Shown here piece by piece: positions 27,749 to 33,152 of a stretch of 33,152 nt of DNA (the stretch's first letter is position 1; every line of letters begins with the position of its first letter). This DNA is from Promethearchaeota archaeon (GTDB lineage: Archaea; Asgardarchaeota; Lokiarchaeia; Sigyniarchaeales; SOKP01). The stretch is taken from positions 1 through 33,152 of the forward strand of contig JBHLME010000046.1 in NCBI GenBank assembly GCA_048938445.1, read 5' to 3'. The notes under the pieces were generated by a model, which was given only the letters and a program-made list of their open reading frames with translations, made no database searches and was not told the origin of the DNA. Both the position numbers and the translations under genes were made by a program.

Positions 27749-28735
27749 TTATTTGAGAGTGATTTTAAGAAGATCCTCTGCTAATATCGTATTTGGGAAG
27801 ATTTCTTTAGCTTCGAGCAATAGTTCAGAAGCATCATATTGATATCTTGAGGATACATGAGTAAGAATTAACTGCTTAGCTCTCATCTTAATAGCATCAT
27901 TTGCAGCATCAACCGAAGTGGAATGTTTTTTTTCGATTGCTATAGAAGTTAATTTATTTGAGTATGTAGCTTCATGTATTAAAAGATCTGAATCTAATCC
28001 TAATTGAATTAATGAATCACATGGTATAGTGTCTCCAGAATAAGTGACTTTTCTACCAGGTCTTTTAGGGCCAACAATTCCTTCTTTCTCTGGATTAATT
28101 TTATTACCTTTAAATTCGATTTCTAAACCCTCCTGTAAATTTTTCCACAAATAACCTCGAGGAATCCCCATTTTTGTTGCTATTTCTGGATTAAACTTCC
28201 CATTTCTTGGTTTTTCAATAAAAGAATATCCATACGTAAGGATGGAATGAACTACAGGAGTATATTTAATTAAGTACTTCCTTTTTTCAAGAATGATATT
28301 ATTTTCTATTTTTTCTTCTTTAATTGGTTGTTCGGAATCTAAATTATCAAAAAAAATCAATTTATCATTCTCATCATCAATTTCTACTATTGTAATGGGA
28401 TAAGATGCCTTAAGTCCAACAATTTTTCGATGGAAATACAAATAATAAAAGATATTTTTTGGTCCAAATATCATTAAAGGTGCAGATCTCTCAATCAAGG
28501 AAAAACGAAAAAGTAATCCAGGAAGACCATTTATATGATCTCCGTGAAAATGAGTAATAAATATTGTAAGTGGTTTATTTAATTTTAATCCTGCTTCAAT
28601 GAATCTACGTTGTATGTCTTCTCCACAATCAAAGATGAATAATTCAGGGCTTGACTCTAACCTTAAAGCAATGGCAGGAAGGTTTCGTTCTTTAACAGGG
28701 ATAGCCCCACCAGAGCCTAAAATAATGACTTCCAT
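27749..28735 (-). CDS. rnz: Ribonuclease Z (tRNA 3' endonuclease)
   Basis: LGSGGAIP..ERN, FDCGE, THFHGDH..GLPG, exosite arm (GIPRG..W..LQ.G), YSGDT.P, LIHEATY, HST, LTHVSSRY. Confidence 0.96.
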   Translation of the reverse strand: MEVIILGSGGAIPVKERNLPAIALRLESSPELFIFDCGEDIQRRFIEAGLKLNKPLTIFITHFHGDHINGLPGLLFRFSLIERSAPLMIFGPKNIFYYLYFHRKIVGLKASYPITIVEIDDENDKLIFFDNLDSEQPIKEEKIENNIILEKRKYLIKYTPVVHSILTYGYSFIEKPRNGKFNPEIATKMGIPRGYLWKNLQEGLEIEFKGNKINPEKEGIVGPKRPGRKVTYSGDTIPCDSLIQLGLDSDLLIHEATYSNKLTSIAIEKKHSTSVDAANDAIKMRAKQLILTHVSSRYQYDASELLLEAKEIFPNTILAEDLLKITLK

Positions 28736-28749
28736 TAGAGTTCAATTTA

Positions 28750-29964
28750 TCATATTCTTCTTAATTCTGAAATCTCGAGCCTTTGTTGTACATTTTGTTT
28801 TTTTAATTCTTCAACCATTTTAGACAATTCTCTTACTCTCAGAGCAAAGGGCGTATTTTCATCCATATTTTTTAAATTAGCATTTAATGTAGGCATTTTT
28901 AATTTTTCAGTTAGAGAAATAATCCGTTCTTCTTTTACTGATAATATGTGTTCTTGTTCCTTGATTTTTTGATTTAATAAAGTGATTTCTTCATTCTGTC
29001 TTCTTAAATCTTCTTCCATTTTTTGCTGTTGAAAACTTGAAGATACAGGTAAACTGCTTCCTGCAGCTCCTTCATATGTTTTTATTTGATTTTGAAGGTT
29101 TTTAATTTGTCTTCTTGCGGCATTTAATTTTTCCTGAAGCTCGGCGCTTAAATCAGAAAAGGGTGTTGATGATCCTGATTTTGATGCTTCTTCTGACATA
29201 GTTTTAAGTTCTAATTGGGATTTTAAATCTTCTACTTGTTGTTTTAATTTTTCTACTTGAAGATCTTTTTCTGGTTTTGCTTGTTTTTTGTCTTTTTCAG
29301 GCTTTAATTTTTTTTCTTTTTTAGCACTCTCTTGCAATTGTTGCTTTAATGATTCAATTTGTAATTTTGCTTTATTTAATTTATTTTGAAGTTCTGATGT
29401 CAAATCACTTGAGATCTGCGTTGTTTTTTTATTTAAAGGGGAAATGGCTTGAGAACCAAATTTCTTAGTTAAATCCGAGACTTTTTTCTTTAACATGTTA
29501 ATCTCATCATCTTTTTCATTTAAGGATTGTTCAATTTCAGGAGAAATCCCACTATCCATTTGTTTTTTTAAAGCACTATTTTCGGCTCGTAGCTTTTTAA
29601 TTTTTATTTGTAATTCATCTACTAATGATTTAAGGGGGGTCTTCTTTTCCTCAATAGTTATTACCGTTGAAGTCCGTTTATCTGTAAATTTCTTGAGCTC
29701 TCTTTCAAGGTCCATTTTTTCTTTTCTTAGAAAACCCATTTTATTTTTTAAGTCCCTTATTTCTCTATCTTTTTCTTCCATCTCTATTGTGAGTTGTTTT
29801 TTCAAAGCTTTTTGCGCTCCTTTTTTTGATCCCCCAGATTCACTAAGTTCTAAAATAATTGAATCTTTTTTCATTATTTCATCTTGTAAATTTTCAATAT
29901 CATCATAAAGATCATGAATTTCTTTTTCTAATTCTGCTATTCGGTTTTGTTGATCGTTTGACAT
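28750..29964 (-). CDS. Segmented coiled-coil protein with internal ~80-aa repeats
   Basis: Heptad-rich E/K/Q/L composition, recurring L..ELQ.KL.....QI..L..Q and EKD.EI..LK motifs, Ser/Gly/Pro linkers. Confidence 0.8.
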   Translation of the reverse strand: MSNDQQNRIAELEKEIHDLYDDIENLQDEIMKKDSIILELSESGGSKKGAQKALKKQLTIEMEEKDREIRDLKNKMGFLRKEKMDLERELKKFTDKRTSTVITIEEKKTPLKSLVDELQIKIKKLRAENSALKKQMDSGISPEIEQSLNEKDDEINMLKKKVSDLTKKFGSQAISPLNKKTTQISSDLTSELQNKLNKAKLQIESLKQQLQESAKKEKKLKPEKDKKQAKPEKDLQVEKLKQQVEDLKSQLELKTMSEEASKSGSSTPFSDLSAELQEKLNAARRQIKNLQNQIKTYEGAAGSSLPVSSSFQQQKMEEDLRRQNEEITLLNQKIKEQEHILSVKEERIISLTEKLKMPTLNANLKNMDENTPFALRVRELSKMVEELKKQNVQQRLEISELRRI

Positions 29965-30085
29965 CTATAGGTTTACCTTTTGAAAATAAATTTATTCGTT
30001 AAAATAATAAAGCAATACTAATAATTAAAATGTTAACATGGTAGTTTTCACTTTTATTGAAAAGAATTAAAAAACGGTTCTTTCT

Positions 30086-31984
30086 TTAATAAATTTCAAA
30101 ATCCTTAATTGAAAATTTGTTTAATTTCTTGATAAGAGGGATCATACTTAGATAATTTAAAATTATTGCAGAAAAACCTAAAAGTGTAACTATTATTAAT
30201 GGTACAGATAAGGGTGGTAAAAAAACTTTATCAAATAAAAAAAAGGAGTTCAAAATCATACCAATTGATAAGCTGAATACTAATGAAGGAAGAATCACGA
30301 ATAAACCTTCAGAAAATATTATTCTTTTAATTGAAGTTTTTTTTGTTCCAAGTGCTTTCATTACTAAAAAGTCCTTCGCCTTTTCAAATAATCCTCCTTT
30401 TTGATAATTATAAAAAGATAAGGTGCCAATTATCGCTAAAATAATAATTAAATACAACGGATAAAAAGAAATTGTGTGTAAATAAGATAAATTTACATTA
30501 AAAACTCCATCTAACAGGATACAAGTAAAATTATATCCTAAACTATTAGTAATAATATTATTAAGTTCATTTTTAATGTTATTGAATGATCCTGATTCTA
30601 TTTTTAATAATGCTAAATTAATCTCGCTGGTTAAATTTAACTTATTTTGCAAAATATCCAATCTTACATAAATTGAAAAACCATTATAAAAGCTATCGAT
30701 AACATAACCAGACACTCTTGGTGAATAAGAATAATTCTTGAATATTATACCTTGATCAAATACTGAATCAAAGAAATTGAACGCTAAACCATCACCAACG
30801 ACAATAGATGCAGTTGAACCATCGTCGGTAAAAAATTCACCTTCCATTACAAATTGTTGAATAATTTGACTTGAATTAATACCTATTATTGGAAATGTTC
30901 CAGATCGATTTTGGCCAACTTCTCTATATTCACTGACAATAGTTCCTTTATCTTCTTCAACTTTGCCAAAATGAATGAGACGTTCATCAATTTTTTCAAC
31001 TTCTGTAAGATTATTGATGTCATTGATATCACTAAAATTAAATAAATAATTAGAATTCAAAAAATTGATATCATCTTCATCCACTATGAGGTTTGGATTT
31101 GAAAACATTCCATACATCAACGAATAGTAAAGAAGCGTATCTTTGTGCCCAATTGCAACAATATCTTCCCCTTGAGACGCACTAATCCATGACTGTGAAG
31201 AATTGCTTAATACAAAAGTTCCTAAACAAATTGTAAAAATGATTGAATAAATAATCGAGAAAATTAATAAATACCTTTTAAAATCTCCCTTTCTTCGAAT
31301 TGTATTAGATACAGCTATTTTAATATTAAAGCTAAATCTAGAAATATATTTTGGTATAAATTTGATACCTCGCGACGCATCATAATTATACGGAATGTCT
31401 TTTGAAAATGATTTTATGATATTTTGATTTCCTAATTTCATTAATATGAAACCTGGAACTATGATGCTTGCGGCTAAACAGCTTAAAAATAAAATTAAAG
31501 AATAAAAAATTTCAATTTGAAAGTAAATTGTTAATCCTAAAAAAGAACTAATTAATGAATAAATGCCATAAGAAATTAAACCAAAAAAGAGACCTAAAGT
31601 AAACCCAATGAGGAAAATGAATATAACTTCAAGAAGATAAAAACCGTGTAAATTTCCGGGTAAAGTTCCAATTGCTCTCATTATGGCAATATCACGCTTT
31701 TTAAATATGATAAAACTCATTAAAATAATTGAAATCATTACTACAGCCAATATAATGACCATAAAAAGGATGAGAGTATTAAATTCTGAATAAATAAAAC
31801 GTAAACTACCAGAAAAAAATAAAGTATTTTGCGAAGTCCCTTGCACTAATGAATCTAATCCAGTATTATGAGTAAAGTAAATCAAAAATATACTAAAAGC
31901 AATAATCAAAGTGATTATCAATAAATATGGAAAATTAGATTTTCTACCTCTATAAAAATCTTTTAATGCAAAAGTTATGTTCAT
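30086..31984 (-). CDS. FtsX/MacB-type ABC transporter permease (two FtsX-like domains)
   Basis: KKRDIAIMRAIG and KAKDFLVMKALG coupling motifs, about 8 TM helices, one large extracytoplasmic domain. Confidence 0.9.
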   Translation of the reverse strand: MNITFALKDFYRGRKSNFPYLLIITLIIAFSIFLIYFTHNTGLDSLVQGTSQNTLFFSGSLRFIYSEFNTLILFMVIILAVVMISIILMSFIIFKKRDIAIMRAIGTLPGNLHGFYLLEVIFIFLIGFTLGLFFGLISYGIYSLISSFLGLTIYFQIEIFYSLILFLSCLAASIIVPGFILMKLGNQNIIKSFSKDIPYNYDASRGIKFIPKYISRFSFNIKIAVSNTIRRKGDFKRYLLIFSIIYSIIFTICLGTFVLSNSSQSWISASQGEDIVAIGHKDTLLYYSLMYGMFSNPNLIVDEDDINFLNSNYLFNFSDINDINNLTEVEKIDERLIHFGKVEEDKGTIVSEYREVGQNRSGTFPIIGINSSQIIQQFVMEGEFFTDDGSTASIVVGDGLAFNFFDSVFDQGIIFKNYSYSPRVSGYVIDSFYNGFSIYVRLDILQNKLNLTSEINLALLKIESGSFNNIKNELNNIITNSLGYNFTCILLDGVFNVNLSYLHTISFYPLYLIIILAIIGTLSFYNYQKGGLFEKAKDFLVMKALGTKKTSIKRIIFSEGLFVILPSLVFSLSIGMILNSFFLFDKVFLPPLSVPLIIVTLLGFSAIILNYLSMIPLIKKLNKFSIKDFEIY

Positions 31985-31989
31985 GGTAA

Positions 31990-32805
31990 TTAATCCTTCT
32001 TAATTTTTTCTTTCAATTTCTGGTCAATTATTTTTGCATCATTAAAGGTTATGATTACATCAGCTAAATCTTTTAAATTTTGGTTATGGGTTGCGAGTAT
32101 AATAGTTTTTTTATCGCTCTTTAATTGTTTGAAAATATCTCTAATAAATTCACTTGTTTGAACATCTAAATTTGCTGTTATTTCATCTCCAAAAATTATA
32201 GGAGGATCATTTGCTAAAGCACGGGCAATAGCTACTCTCTGCTGTTCTCCAGCAGATAACTGAAATGGTAAATGTTCTCTCCGATTTTGGAGTCCTAATT
32301 TTCTTAGTAATTCTACAGCACGTTCTCTCTGCTTTTTAAAAGCGATTCCTGCAATATGCAAAGGAAACATTATATTTTCTTCTGCTGATAAAGTGCTAAT
32401 GAGATTATAATTTTGAAATATGAATCCTGAATTAATTAAACGAAATGTTGCTAAGGATTCTTCTTCCATGTTAGAAATTTCTACTTTTGAATTGTATATA
32501 ATTCCACTATTTGGAGTATCAAGCCCACTTAAAAGGTTTAAAAGAGTAGTTTTTCCTGCCCCTGAAGGACCTTGAATTACAACAAAAGAACCCTCTTTTA
32601 TCTCTAAAGAAACGTGATCTACTGCTCGAACTATAAAATCCCCAATCTCATAATCTTTTATTAAATTATTCGCATAAATAATAATATTTTCCGTTTCTAA
32701 TCTTGATAAGAGAGTTATTTTATCAATTTCTGCATAAGTTTCATTTACAGCTTTATCAATAAATTCATCATGAGAATTTCTGTCATCAAACACTTTTTTC
32801 CTCAT
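31990..32805 (-). CDS. ABC transporter ATP-binding protein (LolD/MacB/FtsE-like)
   Basis: GPSGAGKTT, GFIFQNYNL, LSAGEQQRVAIARALANDP, DEITANLD, ATH; 5 nt upstream of the permease start. Confidence 0.93.
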   Translation of the reverse strand: MRKKVFDDRNSHDEFIDKAVNETYAEIDKITLLSRLETENIIIYANNLIKDYEIGDFIVRAVDHVSLEIKEGSFVVIQGPSGAGKTTLLNLLSGLDTPNSGIIYNSKVEISNMEEESLATFRLINSGFIFQNYNLISTLSAEENIMFPLHIAGIAFKKQRERAVELLRKLGLQNRREHLPFQLSAGEQQRVAIARALANDPPIIFGDEITANLDVQTSEFIRDIFKQLKSDKKTIILATHNQNLKDLADVIITFNDAKIIDQKLKEKIKKD

Positions 32806-32899
32806 CTTTATAATTATATGTATTAAAACACATTAGGATTATTATTCCTTTCTGATATTGTATGCAATAAAAAAGATTAAGAAATCCTTTATAAACTCA

Positions 32900-33085
32900 T
32901 CATAGAGGTTTTTGAAAGTTTTAGAAAATAGAAGAATTAATCATTTTTTCTAAATAAGGTGTGATTATCGATTTTTTCATTAATTATCTAAAATTATTAG
33001 CTTAAACAGTTATCTATAGTTAAATTTATATATCAAATGTGATTTTTTAATGTTAAGAAGATGGAAATCTTCTTCATAGAGGTTT
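32900..33085. repeat. 12-bp direct repeat TCATAGAGGTTT (two copies), probable operator sites
   Basis: Copies at 32900-32911 and 33074-33085, each within an imperfect palindrome and next to a TATA-like box. Confidence 0.55.
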
Positions 33086-33152
33086 CTCGCGAAATTTAAT
33101 ATATAATATATCCCCTAAAATTTCCTATTAATTTTGGAAAAATGGTAAGTAA

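Noticed and set aside
29263-29304. KPEKD-KKQA-KPEKD mini-duplication in the coiled-coil gene
   Set aside because: Only two short copies with synonymous differences in a Lys-rich linker; not a separate element
799-29908. Short opposite-strand ORFs in the track (799-984, 1680-2039, 4426-4632, 7617-7802, 8058-8252, 11156-11482, 14867-15142, 15143-15367, 16110-16295, 26694-27056, 28599-28823, 29495-29908)
   Set aside because: All lie antisense to well-supported genes, have S/F/I-rich shadow composition and show no motifs
28750-29964. Calling the coiled-coil protein SMC/Rad50, a chemoreceptor or ESCRT-III
   Set aside because: No Walker motifs, hinge or zinc hook, no MCP hairpin-tip signature, and no specific ESCRT-III similarity recognisable by eye
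1-33152. CRISPR array, tRNA/rRNA genes, transposases, integrases or proviral genes
   Set aside because: No regularly spaced repeats, GC-rich structured RNA islands or recombinase motifs were seen, and all intergenic gaps are short and AT-rich

Overview
A strongly AT-rich archaeal chromosomal window with 28 credible CDSs and no tRNA, rRNA, CRISPR array or mobile element that I can see. The gene set points to an Asgard archaeon, most likely Lokiarchaeia (inference): rps26e, TrmY, archaetidylinositol-phosphate synthase-like enzyme, CdhE, a SNAP-like TPR protein, and many TTG starts with GGTG/GTGA Shine-Dalgarno motifs. Routine content includes a tandem Lrp/AsnC regulator, trmY-pgsA-rps26e, mobB, a PurM/AIR-synthase-like ATPase, DUF362-ferredoxin, a lone cdhE, a Liv-type ABC importer operon ending in an acyl-CoA ligase, a HAD hydrolase, TspO-like and fasciclin genes, RNase Z and an FtsX/MacB-type ABC pair. 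The most unusual items are: (1) an orphan CheR-CheD fusion whose CheR half appears catalytically degenerate while the CheD Cys/His pair is intact, with no chemoreceptor or other che gene in the window; (2) directly upstream, a ubiquitin-like protein ending in a masked GG-K, divergent from an alpha-SNAP-like TPR gene; (3) a PIN nuclease-TPR fusion with Nob1-like motifs next to rps26e; (4) a HEAT-repeat gene embedded between livF and the acyl-CoA ligase; (5) a modular coiled-coil repeat protein tightly linked to RNase Z. All functional calls come from motif recognition by eye, and novelty cannot be confirmed without database searches.
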